DNA of 64,000 nt from contig JAUCBJ010008744.1 in assembly GCA_032718475.1 (NCBI GenBank), positions 1-64,000 on the forward strand, written 5' to 3'. Positions 1 to 13,287 of this stretch are shown here, piece by piece. The DNA is from Nemertoderma westbladi (Eukaryota; Animalia; Xenacoelomorpha). Each line of letters starts with the position of its first letter. Within the stretch, counting starts at the first letter, position 1. Position numbers and translations under genes: made by a program. The notes under the pieces were generated by a model. It had not been told where the DNA came from. It saw only the letters and a list, made by a program, of their open reading frames with translations, and searched no databases.

Positions 1-366
1 CGCATCCGTTGTTCGGTTCCATCTCTCTTGCAAGCTGTTTTCAGTGCCCGCTGCCCGATCTCACGCAAGCCATGGTGTCTGTTTCTCCATCTTTCTTAAA
101 CAGTCCTCAATGTCCACTCCACCCCCCCCCCCCCCCCCCCCCCCCCCCCTCGCAAACCGTTCACAGTATCAGTTGGCCATCTCTCCGTTCGTGTTGAATA
201 TATCACCACGCCCACACAACTCAGCAATATGCGGTGCCAGCTGCTGGCTGATATTGGAGAGGGGGCGACGAAAGATAGGTTAGTTACTACTGTACTAAAG
301 CAGTTTTAAACTGGTTAACAAGGTTACAAATTCGAGGAACTAAAGGTTAAGTTAAAAGTGTCCTGA

Positions 367-2436
367 ATGTCGGAGCTGCTGGAGCGGTTCACCCCGGTAT
401 CGGAGCTGCTGGAGCGGTTCACCCCAGCGTCGGAGCTGCTGGAGCGGTTCACCCCGGTGTCGGAGCGGTTTACCCGGGTGTCGGAACTGCTGGAGCGGTT
501 CACCCCGGTGTCGGAGCGGCTGGAGCGGTTCACCCCGGTGTCGGAGCTGCTGGAGCGGTTCACCCCAATGTCGGAGCTGTTCGCAGCGGTTCACCCCGGA
601 GTCGGAGCTGTCGGAGTGGTTAACCCTGGTATCGGAGCAGCCCGAGTGGTTCAACCCGGTGTCGGAGCTGCTGGAGCGGTTCACCCCGGTGTCGGAGCTG
701 CTGGAGCGGTTCACCCCGGTGTCGGAGCTGCCGGAGCGGTTCACCCCGGTGTCGGAGCTGCTGGAGCGGTTCACCCCGGTGTTGGAGCTGCTGGAGCGGT
801 TCACCCCTGTGTCGGAGCTGCTGGAGCGGTTCATCCTGGTGTCGCGGGGAGAAGACTCAGCAAATTCGATGAGATAACGGCGGAGGAGGCAGACAAATTA
901 ATACGCGATTCAAGGACAACATCAAGTCCGCGGGATCCGCTACCTACATGGTTGCTGAAACTTTCAATCGCACCGCTACTTCTGGTTATAACGCTAATTA
1001 TAAATATTTCGTTGTCCGCTGCAAAGATGCCAGGGTGTCTGAAAGAGGCTGTCCTCACACCTGTCCTAAAGAAGGCTAGGTTAAACATGGAATTCCTCAA
1101 GAATTTTCGACCAGTATCCAATTTGCTATTCATATCAAAACTAGTAGAGAAAGTAGTGGGAAGTCAATTAATGCGTCACATGAACTTACACAATTTGGAT
1201 GAAGATATGCAAAGCGCTTACAAGAAATATCACGGTACCGAAACTGCATTATTAAATGTCATGGACGACATACTCACTGGCATCGATGGAGGATCAGTGT
1301 GTCTGCTCGTTGCTTTGGATCTTAGTGCGGCGTTCGACACTGTCGAACACAGCAAACTGCTCAATATTCTGGAACGTGAAATAGGGATTGATGGTTTGGC
1401 TCTAGAATGGTTCCGCTCATACCTATCGGAACGTTCGCAGCAGGTGCGCATTGGGGAATCGTATTCGAATAGTTTTGCACTCAAATACGGATTACCGCAG
1501 GGCTCTGTCCTTGGGCCACTACTATTCCGAATATACACCCGGTCTCTATCATCTGTCATTAAGCGGTATGGGTTGTATTACCATTTCTATGCTGATGATA
1601 CGCAATTGTACATTGTTTTTAAACGAGATGAGTTGACAAATGCCGTCGATATCTTGGAAAATTGCCTTAGAGATATACAACAGTGGATGCGTGAGTATTT
1701 CCTAAAGCTAAATACCGATAAAACAGAAATTATTCTACTCCAATCAAGGTTCGGTCCGCAAGTTGATGCACCTGTTATTACAGTTGGTAACGATACTGTG
1801 GGATGCAGCACATCAGCACGAAACATTGGCCTTATAATAGACTCTCATTTAACACTCGTGAAACAAGTGGGGGTGATTGTTAGAGAATCATTTTTCCACC
1901 TTCGGCGCCTATCAAAGATAAAACGTTACATGAGTAAAGAATGTCTACAGATTTTAATACACACGTTTATTTTAAGCAAAATTGACAATAACAACTCACT
2001 GTATTATGGACTACCAGGTACGGTGTTGAAGAGACTACAATATGTACAAAACTCGGCCGCTAGATTAGTTGCAGGGGTTAAGAAACGAGACCACATAACG
2101 CCAACCTTACGTGCACTTCACTGGTTACCTGTATGTCGCCGAATAGAATACAAAATTGCGTTGATAACGTATAAATGTCTACACGGTATGGCGCCTGATT
2201 ATTTGACGAAACGGCTGACCCCATACGCTCCTACTAGAAACTTACGGTCCAGTGAGCTAGAGTTGCTCCAACCCTCGCGCTATAGACTTACCCACTATGG
2301 CAAGAGGGCATTCTCCGTCGCTGCTCCCACCATATGGAACTCACTGCCTGTGGAACTCCGACAAACCGTTACAATCGGAGCATTTAAGAAAAAGTTAAAA
2401 ACGCATTATTTTAAATTGGAATATAACAATGATTAA
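367..2436 (+). CDS. Uninterrupted RT ORF (689 aa) of the L2-type LINE; N-terminal ~160 aa encoded by a 30-bp minisatellite
   Basis: ORF track shows one open frame. RT homology starts at ~850 (RLSKFDEITAEEADKLI...DPLPTWLLK). Expression is unknown. Confidence 0.6.
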   Translation: MSELLERFTPVSELLERFTPASELLERFTPVSERFTRVSELLERFTPVSERLERFTPVSELLERFTPMSELFAAVHPGVGAVGVVNPGIGAARVVQPGVGAAGAVHPGVGAAGAVHPGVGAAGAVHPGVGAAGAVHPGVGAAGAVHPCVGAAGAVHPGVAGRRLSKFDEITAEEADKLIRDSRTTSSPRDPLPTWLLKLSIAPLLLVITLIINISLSAAKMPGCLKEAVLTPVLKKARLNMEFLKNFRPVSNLLFISKLVEKVVGSQLMRHMNLHNLDEDMQSAYKKYHGTETALLNVMDDILTGIDGGSVCLLVALDLSAAFDTVEHSKLLNILEREIGIDGLALEWFRSYLSERSQQVRIGESYSNSFALKYGLPQGSVLGPLLFRIYTRSLSSVIKRYGLYYHFYADDTQLYIVFKRDELTNAVDILENCLRDIQQWMREYFLKLNTDKTEIILLQSRFGPQVDAPVITVGNDTVGCSTSARNIGLIIDSHLTLVKQVGVIVRESFFHLRRLSKIKRYMSKECLQILIHTFILSKIDNNNSLYYGLPGTVLKRLQYVQNSAARLVAGVKKRDHITPTLRALHWLPVCRRIEYKIALITYKCLHGMAPDYLTKRLTPYAPTRNLRSSELELLQPSRYRLTHYGKRAFSVAAPTIWNSLPVELRQTVTIGAFKKKLKTHYFKLEYNND
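368..845 (+). repeat. 30-bp minisatellite (GTCGGAGCTGCTGGAGCGGTTCACCCCGGT), ~16 units
   Basis: Tandem units read directly; they merge into the LINE coding sequence at ~845. Confidence 0.95.
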
Positions 2437-2896
2437 TTTTTTATACGCAATGCATTTTTTAAACTCAATATTCAATTTACTTTCAGTTTTATCACATACG
2501 TCGAATTTGTTTTAGATAACTCCGCCAGCGTTCTTTTTCAATCACCCTTCGCATTCATTAGTTTCAACTCGGCCAGCCCTTATGTTTGTTCTTAACCCAG
2601 ATCTTGTCCGTTTTTTAATTAACGCATATTTTTTTAATTCATTGATTGCTTTAAGTTGAAGCGCCTAGAATATACAGCCCATAGTATTACAGCATCTTGA
2701 ATAGTATCGCCAATAACATTTTAACTTCAATTGATCGTTTTTAATCATGTTTTTAAGTTACAACCCATGTTTTTAGCTAACTGTTTAACGTAATTTAGTA
2801 TTTAGTAAATTTGGTCTGTATATTGTGGTTGTATTGTGCAGTTCTGTTGTACCAAGCGCCTTGATCTACTGCACTTTTGTAAAGGCGCTATATAAA

Positions 2897-2927
<31 letters not shown>

Positions 2928-2932
2928 AATGT

Positions 2933-3700
2933 CAATCAATCTGCCACTACAATCAATGCGCCACTACAATCAATGTGCCACTACAATCAATGTGCCAATA
3001 CAATCAATGTGCCACTACAATCAATGAGCCACTACAATCAATGTGCCACTACAATCAATGTGCCACTACAATCAATGTGCCACTACAATCAATGTGCCAC
3101 TACAATCAATGTGCCACTACAATCAATGTGCCACTACAATCAATGTGCCACTACAATCAATGTGCCACTACAATCAATGTGCCACTACAATCAATGAGCC
3201 ACTACAATCAATGTGCCACTACGATCAATGTGCCACTACAATCAATGTGCCACTACAATCAATGTGCCACTACAATCAATGCGCCACTACAATCAATGAG
3301 CCATTGCAATCAATGTGTCACTACAATCAATGAGCCACTACAATCAATCTGCCACTACAATCAATGTGCCACTACAATCAATGTGCCACTACAATCAATG
3401 TGCCAATACAATCAATGTGTCACTACAATCATTGTGCCACTGCATTCAGTGTGCCACTACAATCAATGTGCCACTACAATCAATGTGCCACTACAATCAA
3501 TGAGCCATTACAATCAATGTGTCACTACAATCAATGAGCCACTACAATCAATCTGCCACTACAATCAATGTGCCACTACAATCAATGTGCCACTACAATC
3601 AATGTGCCAATACAATCAATGTGTCACTACAATCATTGTGCCACTGCATTCAGTGTGCCACTACAATCAATGTGCCACTACAATCAATGTGCCACTACAA
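2933..3700. repeat. 17-bp minisatellite (GCCACTACAATCAATGT), ~45 units, with a 204-bp (12-mer) higher-order duplication
   Basis: Direct reading. The variant block at ~3315-3503 recurs at ~3519-3700 (offset 204). Confidence 0.95.
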
Positions 3701-4080
3701 CATCATTAAGCAAAGCAAACAAACAGATCAACTGGTTGGTACATTCCCTAACATTCATTATCTTGGAATGATAGTAAATATACTAATTATTATATACAAC
3801 ATAAACCTATATGATAGGATATACCGTTATAATTTCTACACCAAATGCTTGAGTTGTTAAAGAAAGCAAATAAAACAGTGTAATTATCCAATTAATTAAT
3901 TAAATTGACGAATACCCCGCCCAATGTAGTAGTACTGCGGCATTAATGTAAATGTCACCATCTGTCGCTGTCCCTGTGATAGAAACTCGAGCTAGTAGAA
4001 AGGTTGAAGGTGTGCTGCTATCCCGTTACCGTTTCGGAGGGCCCTTCCTCGTTCAGCGCTTACCCGAGTGGAACTACCAT

Positions 4081-6241
4081 CACCAATTTACACAGGCACC
4101 CCAACAGAAACACGAACTACTAACAGACATACTAACTATTTAACACCAATTTACACAGGCACCCCAACAGACACACGAACTATTTAACACCAATTTACAC
4201 AGGTACCCCAACAGACACACGAACTATTTAACACCAATTTACACAGGCACCCCAACAGACACACGAACTATTTAACAACAATTTACACAGGTACCCCAAC
4301 AGACACACGAACTATTTAACACCAATTTACACAGGTACCCCAACAGACACACGAACTATTTAACAATTTAACACCAATTTACACAGGCACCCCAACAGAC
4401 ACACAAAACTATTTAACACCAATTTACACAGGTACCCCAACAGACACACGAACTATTTAACACCAATTTACACAGGAACCCCCCCAGACACACAAATTAT
4501 TTAACACCAATTTACACAGGCACCCCAACAGACACACAAAACTATTTAACACCAATTTACACAGGTACCCCAACCGACACACGAACTATTTAACACCAAT
4601 TCACACAGGTACCCCAACAGACACACGAACAATTTAACACCAATTTACACAGGAACCCCCCCAGACACACAAATTATTTAACACCAATTTACACAGGCAC
4701 CCCAACAGACACACAAAACTATTTAACACCAATTTACACAGGTACCCCAACAGACACACGAACTATTTAACAATTTAACACCAATTTACACAGGCACCCC
4801 AACAGACACACAAAACTATTTAACACCAATTTACACAGGTACCCCAACAGACACACGAACTATTTAACAATTTAACACCAATTTACACAGGCACCCCAAC
4901 AGACACACAAAACTATTTAACACCAATTTACACAGGTACCCCAACAGACACACGAACTATTTAACAATTTAACACCAATTTACACAGGCACCCCAACAGA
5001 CACACAAACTATTTAACACCAATTTACACAGGCACCCCAACAGACACACGAACTATTTAACACCAATTTCCACAGGCACCCGAACAGACACACGAACTAT
5101 TTAACACCAATTTACACAGGCACCCCAAGAGACACACTAACTATTTAACACCAATTTACACAGGCACCCCAAAAGAAACACGAACTATTTAACACCAATC
5201 TACACAGGTACCCCAACAGACACACGAACTATTTAACACCAATATACACAGGCACCCCAAAAGAAACACGAACTATTTAACACCAATTTAAACAGGTACC
5301 CCAACAGACACACGAACTATTTAACACCAATTTACACAGGTACCCCAACAGACACACGAACTATTCAACACCAATTTACACAGGTACCCCAACAGACACA
5401 CGAACAATTTAACACCAATTTACACAGGCACCCCAACAGACTCACGAACTATTTAACACTAATTTACACAGGTACCCCAACAGACAAACGAACAATTTAA
5501 CACCAATTTACACAGGCACCCCAACAGACACACGAACTATTTAACACCAATTTACACAGGCACCCCAACAGACACACGAACTATTTAACACCTATTTACA
5601 CAGGCACCCCAACAGACACACAAACTATTTAAAACCATTGATTTACACAGGTACCCCAACAGACACACGAACAATTTAACACCAATTTACACAGGCACCC
5701 CAACAGACACACGAACTATTTAACACCAATTTACACAGGTACCCCAACAGACACACGAACAATTTAACACCAATTTACACAGGCACCCCAACAGACACAC
5801 GAACTATTTAACACCTATTTACACAGGCACCCCAACAGACACACAAACTATTTAAAACCATTGATTTACACAGGTACCCCAACAGACACACGAACAATTT
5901 AACACCAATTTACACAGGTACCCCAACAGACACACGAACAATTTAACACCAATTTACACAGGCACCCCAACAGACACACGAACTATTTAACACCTATTTA
6001 CACAGGCACCCCAACAGACACACAAACTATTTAAAACCAATTTACACAGGTACCCCAACAGACACACGAACTATTTAACACCAATTTACACAGCCACCTG
6101 AACATGAACATACACACGAACTATTTAACACCAATTTACACAGGCACCCCAACAGACACACGAACTATTTAACACCAATTTACACAGGCACCCCAACAGA
6201 AACACTAACTATTTAACACCAATTTACACAGGTACCCCAAC
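4081..6241. repeat. 44-bp minisatellite (CACCAATTTACACAGGYACCCCAACAGACACACGAACTATTTAA), ~48 units
   Basis: Direct reading; some units carry a CAATTTAA insertion. Confidence 0.95.
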
Positions 6242-6247
6242 GGTAAA

Positions 6248-6421
6248 GATTGTGTCTACAGAATAATGGGGCAGATTTTCAAAATTTTGCTGCAATCAAA
6301 AGTTATGACGTTACAAATGAAATTTTATCATAAAATTTTTTTTTTTTTTGAGATTGATGACGTCATAACTTCCGACGGAGGCAAAATTGTGAAAATACGG
6401 CCCATTATTCTGTAGACAATC
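6248..6421. repeat. Imperfect ~175-bp palindrome (MITE-like hairpin)
   Basis: GATTGTGTCTACAGAATAATGGG...AAGTTATGACGT pairs with ACGTCATAACTT...CCCATTATTCTGTAGACAATC; the centre is AAATTTTAT-C-ATAAAATTT. Confidence 0.8.
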
Positions 6422-6587
6422 CTCAGCTACAACCTCCCACATAAAAAATGAAATCCGTTAAGAAATGGCGGAGGAGATAGATTTTTAGTAAAAAATAAGC
6501 ACATCTAAGAAAAATGCAGGTAAACATTTGAGTTTGAATGTCGCACTAAACCTTTAATACCTTAATTATGAAACGGGAAAGGCGGGG

Positions 6588-6810
6588 GGAAATAAACCCT
6601 GCAATCGGGCGTGGTGTTTATTGTCCCCGAGAATAATTGACCTGCCGGTACTACCTTGGGGGGAGAAGAGCGCTGGTTCGATTACCTGCGAATCCGCAAA
6701 CGTACTGTATATTATAACTTGTTAAGACCACCAGGGAGGATACTACTGTACTAGGGCCAGACCGAACAGAAACTATCTGAGAGGTTTAGCAAGCATATAA
6801 GTCGGTCATC
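6588..6810 (+). pseudogene. Degenerate Penelope-like element GIY-YIG endonuclease fragment
   Basis: Manual translation: GNKPCNRAWC...SITCESANVLYIITC*DHQGGYY, then a frameshift to GQTEQKLSERFSKH. This matches the PLE pattern C.S.N(V/L)(I/V)Y.I.C....Y.GqT...L..R...H. Confidence 0.7.
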
Positions 6811-7269
6811 AATGGTTATAGAAGGCAAACCCCTGTCGACTATACCGATGTGCCAGAATTTTTATTGTGTGAATATTTCCGGGGTTGCGATTGGAAATCC
6901 TTTGGGATGACGTCGTTTCGGCAGTTTAGAGATAACAAACATAGAATACATGCGGAGGCTAATTATACATACAGTACGTTATTAGGGGTGTGGGTAAATT
7001 TTTTGGGAAATTTTACATAAATTAACTAAAGGTATATTTTTTCTGAGTCACGATATGGTGCGATGGTTGTACTGAGCGTATACTTGTACTTAACATTGTG
7101 ATATTTATTAAATGGAATAAATGGCCTGCAGCAGAAGCAAATACATGCAAAATTCGAATGCCCATATCTCAGCTATTTCCCAACCAAATTCAAATATTTT
7201 TACATATTTGGAATCCTTGCATGGCCAGCTTTCGACTAGTACCTACAAATCAAAATAAGGTTGAAGAAT

Positions 7270-7482
7270 AACTATGGTGTAACCGGTGAAATATCGACGG
7301 AGACACATTTTTTAAACGTTTGTAGCTAAAGACCGAAAGCAAAAATAAAAATTCTGGCTCACCCAGTAAGGAGGAGGGAGATGAAACTAACTGTTTCAAA
7401 TTTCATGCAATCTAATTAAGATTTGTAGAAAAATTTGGGGGGGGGGGGGGGGGGGGCGTGTACCAGAATAACGACACTATAT
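7270..7482 (+). repeat. Dispersed non-coding repeat containing a poly-G tract (copy 1)
   Basis: Similar to the reverse complement of ~53335-53560 (shared TGTAGCTAAA...CGAAAGCAAAA, CTCACC, GTTTCAAATTT, poly-G, GAATAA.GACACTA). Confidence 0.7.
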
Positions 7483-8309
7483 TCCAGGACATGCTGTATA
7501 TACAAACGGGCGCTAAAGAACTCCTAGTTTTCATACCGTACTGCTGTTTCTGCACTGCCGTACCTCGCTGTATGCTGAAAATACTGAATACTGCAATATG
7601 AATGCCTTGAAGTCAGTGTGTCGATTTTGAAATAAATTCATATTGGATGGCTGCCAGGAAGAAGAAACACGTGACTTCACTTCATATAATACGGCGACAA
7701 AGCATACCTTAACGGAAAGGGATATAAATATAGGCCTACCTCATGATACAACATTCATTCACATTGTTATAATCCTATAACATAAGTACTAGCCTATAAC
7801 ATAAGTACTAGAAGTACAAAGTATAACAGATCACATGCCTACTTATGTGACGTCATTGTTGCATTTGTTCAGCAGATGATGAATACGTTGAGGTGGACAC
7901 CCTCTATACAGTTAAGTAACCGCAATAAAAACTATTAATGTACGTATATAGATAGATATAATAGATATTATGCACTGCCAAGTATTCACAATACGAATCA
8001 TGATAATCATTAGTGTCCATTAAATCAATATATTCAATAAGCAACATAATACAAGAACGCCGCGCATTCCCATATTTATCATATTCGCATGAATGTATTG
8101 AGCATGATTGCCTACTGCAAAAGCAAAATAATACATAATTAATTAATGTACGAGAGTAATGAGTATATAGTAAGTCAGGAAAGAAATGGGGTCACAGTGT
8201 CGAAATAAATCAAGGTAAGGTGTAGGTGGCCTCGTTATGCCCATGTCACGCCCGTGTGTGGGGGTGGGGGGAGAGGGGGGGTGGGGTGGGGGGGGGGGGG
8301 GGGGGGGGT

Positions 8310-8340
<31 letters not shown>

Positions 8341-8399
8341 GGCACTCATTAAAACAAGAGTAAAGCGGATCCCACCAAGATCCCAGAAAGAATGATTAT

Positions 8400-9850
8400 T
8401 CGCTGAGAGATTAGCAGTTGCTGGTTACATAAATATATAAGAAAAATAAATGAATAAAATTCGCGGAATATAAAGAAGGTTAATAAACTTGTATATTTCC
8501 ATAAAGAATTAAAGCGGTCTGAAATTTAAAATGGATATTTATTTTAAAATTACAATTTTCATAAAAAGTATTAGAATGTCAGGAATAATGTATTATTAAT
8601 CTTACAACGGATACCTCAGCTGCCAGGAATTCATTAATGTAAATGTAATCAACAGGTCCGGTTCATTTATTACATAATAAAATAAAATATATCAAATAGG
8701 CAAATTCGCTATATAGATTACGAATATTTGTGTAATTGTTGGTTGTGCAATAAATCAATATACTTCAAATACAATCCGAAACCAACTGGGACCAACTCCC
8801 TATTATCATAGGACATCCCTCACGGGAGCTGCGTGAGTAGTACAACTTATCAGCCACCAAACCAAAGTCAGTTAGAAAACGTGATTCTTTCTGCAAAGTA
8901 AGCATAAATAACAGAAACAAACATTTCATTGTTCAAAAGCAATCAAGGAAAAATTATGGATGCTGAGAAAAATTATTATCGCGAGGTCACTAACCTTTCT
9001 TGAAACATTGGGATGGAAGCTATAACCAGGAGTAGTTAGTGTGAAGGATTCCAAGTACTCTAAGAAACTCCCTGCTGGTTTAAATCCAAGGAATGGATTG
9101 AGCAAGGCTTTTTCAGAGTAGCTCTCCCTCCCCCATGCGCAACAATATGCATAAATAACTCAAGTTATTGTGGAACAATGGTACGATAGCAAGGTTTCTG
9201 TGTATTTCATTCGAATTAACCCAAATAATTCCATGAACGTGTAAGTAATTTCATCTTTTCATTAAATTACTGGTAATTGAGTTATTGTTGCACCAGTTGT
9301 TGAGTTACGTATTAGGATGATAAGGTTCCCCCACGTATTAGGATAATAAGGTTCCCCCTGCCAAACCCCCCGCTATTGTTAAAAACGGATAACGTAATCC
9401 TGGTTGATTTGGGAAATTTAAATACAATGATGGAGACAAATTAACAAATAATGCCATCCTAACAAAAATGGTAAGAAAAACTTCGAAGAAATAATGGAGT
9501 TCAAAAACTAAAGGGTTCGTTGTCCCATCCGAATTAAAACGACGAATCGACACATCGACGAATTAGCATTGTTAATTAACAGTGGCACATTGATATGCAA
9601 AACAATAAACGAAAATCAATAGAAGAGGTTCACTTTAATATTTAATAGTAATCAGTTGTTATTAAATTAGCTTTTCCCTCTTCTTGGAGATAGGATTGAA
9701 TTTAGATACCTTGAAGAGCCCCCCTACCCCCCCCCCCCTTCCTACGTATACATAATCATAATTTTGAAGTTGTTCTAGATGTTATCAATTTTGTGTCCCG
9801 TGTTTCTATTAAACTTCCACCCCTCCTGGGGAGGAGACAAATTAAAGGAG
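8400..9850 (-). mobile_element. Possible very old, degraded LINE remnant
   Basis: Only scattered short peptide traces on the - strand (RGGSL ~9810, CYRTI ~9185, LDLNQQG ~9080); boundaries uncertain. Confidence 0.25.
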
Positions 9851-12800
9851 GCAACTTAAATAAACATTATTTACAACTATCGCTGTCCATCTGTGTTTAT
9901 TTGTCCACACGAATAATATAATATAAGTTATACAAATATAATATACATTATATATAATACCAGTAATTAATAGCAACTAATAGTAACTAGAACACTATCG
10001 TTATCGGTTTAGGTTAGTATGGGTGGGTAAATAGACCAGTCAATCATTTATTAGTTTACGAAAGGTAAAAATATAAAAGATAATAATTGGTAACCGTTTA
10101 GAACTATATTTACTTTATGATCGGATAAAGTAGCACTTTATATGATTACAGTACCTGTGGTTTTCAAATCCGAACGTAATTAGGATTGCAATAAAGTCGA
10201 AATAGGAAACCACACCATACATTACGAAATTTTAGCCGTTAGTTGAAACAGTACGACAAAAGAGGTATATTATTATAATAAGAGAGACCAATGCAATAGA
10301 AATAGTACCGGTATACTATACCTACTGAGGGTAATACGAATATTTCCTGACAACTTGACAAGTTGATTTTGCTAGCTTCCTGCTGGCCAGTCCGGCCTGA
10401 AGCAGTGGTCGCGGTAGATTCACGATGGACTACCGACAATAGTTGTCCGGTTTCCTGACATGGAAACGCTGATATATCATCTATTTTTATACACGCTAAC
10501 ACTCATATGTTCTGGTAGGTAGATGGACTGGCCTCTGTGTGCATTATAAGCACTTCAGACTGAATTCTAATGTAAGGTAATGTATAACGTAAGGTTTCTG
10601 TTTTCAATTAAATTTTGTCTGAAAAAAAATGTCTCGCATTGCGCGTCTATTAATGACTCCGGTCTCAATTAAAGAAAAATAACGCGTAATATATGCTATG
10701 GATGGTACATAAAGTAAGATTAGTTGACTGTACAATTATAACTGTTATATAAAGTGGCCTATACTAAAACCAACTGGGTGAATAAATTTAAAGTTCCAAA
10801 CTTTAATCACAATTATTTATTTAATAGCCTGTATATTAACAACTGTAACTGTATATAATTCGGCTATGTACTGTAATGTAATAAAGTGCTTCACGTAGGA
10901 TAGAGTACCTAATTTTATAATATTTGAAAACATTACTCGCTGGAGAAAAATTGTGTATATCTGTAATATTAATTCGATACTTTTCAACCAACAATAATTT
11001 TTGACAAACCGTCACATAGAAACATTATACTATGATACCTAAGAAAATCTCAAAAGAATATTTGAAACCAACACGAAAAAGAACCATGGCGGAAGCACCT
11101 ATTGCATCAAAATTTAATCAAGTGCCACAAATTAATGAATAAATTACCTTCAACGATGAAAAAATACCATATGAATAAAAAAATTAATATTACAACAAAT
11201 ATAATTTAACATATTATTAATTACTATTTATTATTAATATCGTTATTAAGTAACTAACTTATTATACCGGCGAGCCATAAGTACTATACAATAATAACAG
11301 AAACGAGATAGAATAAAAATACCTTGGTGAATAATTAGTGATATTTTGATTAATACAGGCACGAAAATTTACGATGTAAAATTATTTGATATTTAAACAT
11401 TAGTATTGGTTAAAAAAAATAATAGTTATAATATTGTTATATATTATTAGTATATTTCCGAAGGTTATTGAGTGGCGGGTGGGTGGGGGTGGTTCTGTGG
11501 GAGTTGGAATCTACTGGGTTTGATATTTTTGTGTGGAAGTAAAGCCATCATGGGAAGAAACACCCCCCCCCCCCCCCCCCCCCCCCCCCCCACATATCAA
11601 CAAAATTGGATACCCTGATTTAGTTTTTTTGTATTTGTACATGTATTTTGAATTTTATGAAGATGTTGTAAGTCAAAATTATATACTAATAAACCCTTAA
11701 AATAATAGCTTTGTTAGATATAAATATTAAACGAATTATAAAAAAAAGTAGGCCAACATAAAAATTACCGCTGGCAAAATTCTACAAATTTACATGAACA
11801 TAATATATAACAGCTGAATGACATTGTTAAGTGTTTACACTAAATGATTGATATGTTGATTAAAATGTTACCGGTATGTGATGTTACAATCGCATATTAA
11901 ATTGGGATATTAAGTTAAAACAATAATATTGCATTTCTACAGTAATACAAAAACACATATATACTACGACCTGATAAAGAAAATCATATTGTCTGAAGGT
12001 TTCGCTGATTGAAACTTATATAAGGAAAATCAGAGTATATAACTTGCAGTATTTTTCTCAAGCGAAGAAAATTAACATGAGAAAAATGCTGTTTTTGCCA
12101 CCAATAACGTGAAGATACTTGTTGATCAGTGTTGTCACTTTTTACATCAATCAATTGTAAGGCGAGGCGAGGCGAGGCGAGGCTAAATGAGGACCACTAC
12201 ACAAGGCATGATAATGCCTAGAGAACCCGGGTTTAATCTGCGTGATTAGCAAGTGCAAATTTAGTAAATAGTGCAAGTGGTGCGCCGACCCAAACTCTGG
12301 CTACATACGGTGGGGGGGGGGGGGGGGGGTAGAGCTAGAGTGGCGTCCTCTCTCTGCCTTACAGGAAACAGCCAAGAGAGAGGAACCTCAGGGTTGCGTG
12401 TTTCACGTTAAATTTGAATCAACGATTGGACGCGGACTAAAATATTCCACAACTCACGAGAGCCAAAGAGTTTACGCAGATCTACCTTAATTGTATTAGT
12501 TACCGGGGCAACGCCTGGCCTCTACAATGCATTTGACATAAAAAGTGATTAGCAAGAAATAAATTGGATCGCGATACCGATCGCGATACCGCTCAAACCG
12601 ATTCTGCGATTATAATTGAGATGTTTAACGCGATTACAAATCGCAATAGATGCAAATCCAAAATTATATCGCACATTACGAACAAAATGGTGAGTTTTAT
12701 AGAAGTTGCCTTCAGAGGCAGAACAGTGATAGAATTTAAATGAATTTAAGACTATTTCGTGGAAAAAAAAAGTGATATTATATCGATGGAATTAATTAAT

Positions 12801-13174
12801 TTGATATCTCTGAGATTTGACTTAAAGCATTACTTACTACTAAAACAATCACTGCCGTAACCTATAATATTTAAACTATTACCGACTTTAGAATCAATCT
12901 TACAATTATTTCGCGTCAGTCAGAATGTTGTGCATGGATGTTTTCTGTTCTTCATAACGTATGGATATTAACAATGAATAACTGTATCACTGTAACCTTA
13001 TCCAGAACTTGGGGACACAATGTAAACCATAGATGTTCAAAATTTGAAATTGTTTTAAGTAGCCTATATAGTTCCCCAGATGTAGGATTTAATACAATTC
13101 ATACATACAATACACAAGAATTCATTGCTTACTTCATGAACTAATTTTAACTTAAGCAACTAGGCTAAGTAACT

Positions 13175-13287
13175 ATGGGGGATAGGGAGTTGTGGGGGCG
13201 TAATTTTGTGGACAAGCCGGCACAGCAATCTTAAAAATGCAGCTGCAATGCAGCATGCCGATCCTAGTAGTAATAGTAGTAGTAGTC
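13175..13287 (+). mobile_element. RTE-clade LINE 3' end (~110 bp) with (TAG)n tail
   Basis: Close match to 58894-59007. Confidence 0.85.

Larger units (their letters stand above)
367..2927 (+). mobile_element. 5'-truncated L2/CR1-group LINE (RT, 3' UTR, (ATT)n tail)
   Basis: ORF2 motifs NFRPVSNL, LDLSAAFDTV, PQGSVLGP, FYADDTQLY, LHWLPV and LKTHYF. The 3' end has a GCGCC...GGCGC stem-loop (~2856-2888) followed by an (ATT)n tail at ~2899-2927. No APE endonuclease region is present. Confidence 0.92.

Noticed and set aside
9-283. Poly-proline ORFs (also 8143-8349 and 49974-50207)
   Set aside because: Translations of poly-C tracts.
2973-3860. Cys/His-rich repeat ORFs (MCHYNQCATTINVPLQS)
   Set aside because: By-product of a 17-bp unit cycling through three frames; no evidence of coding.
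3952-4143. GC-richer stretch that might be a further exon
   Set aside because: No recognisable protein similarity or convincing splice-site pair.
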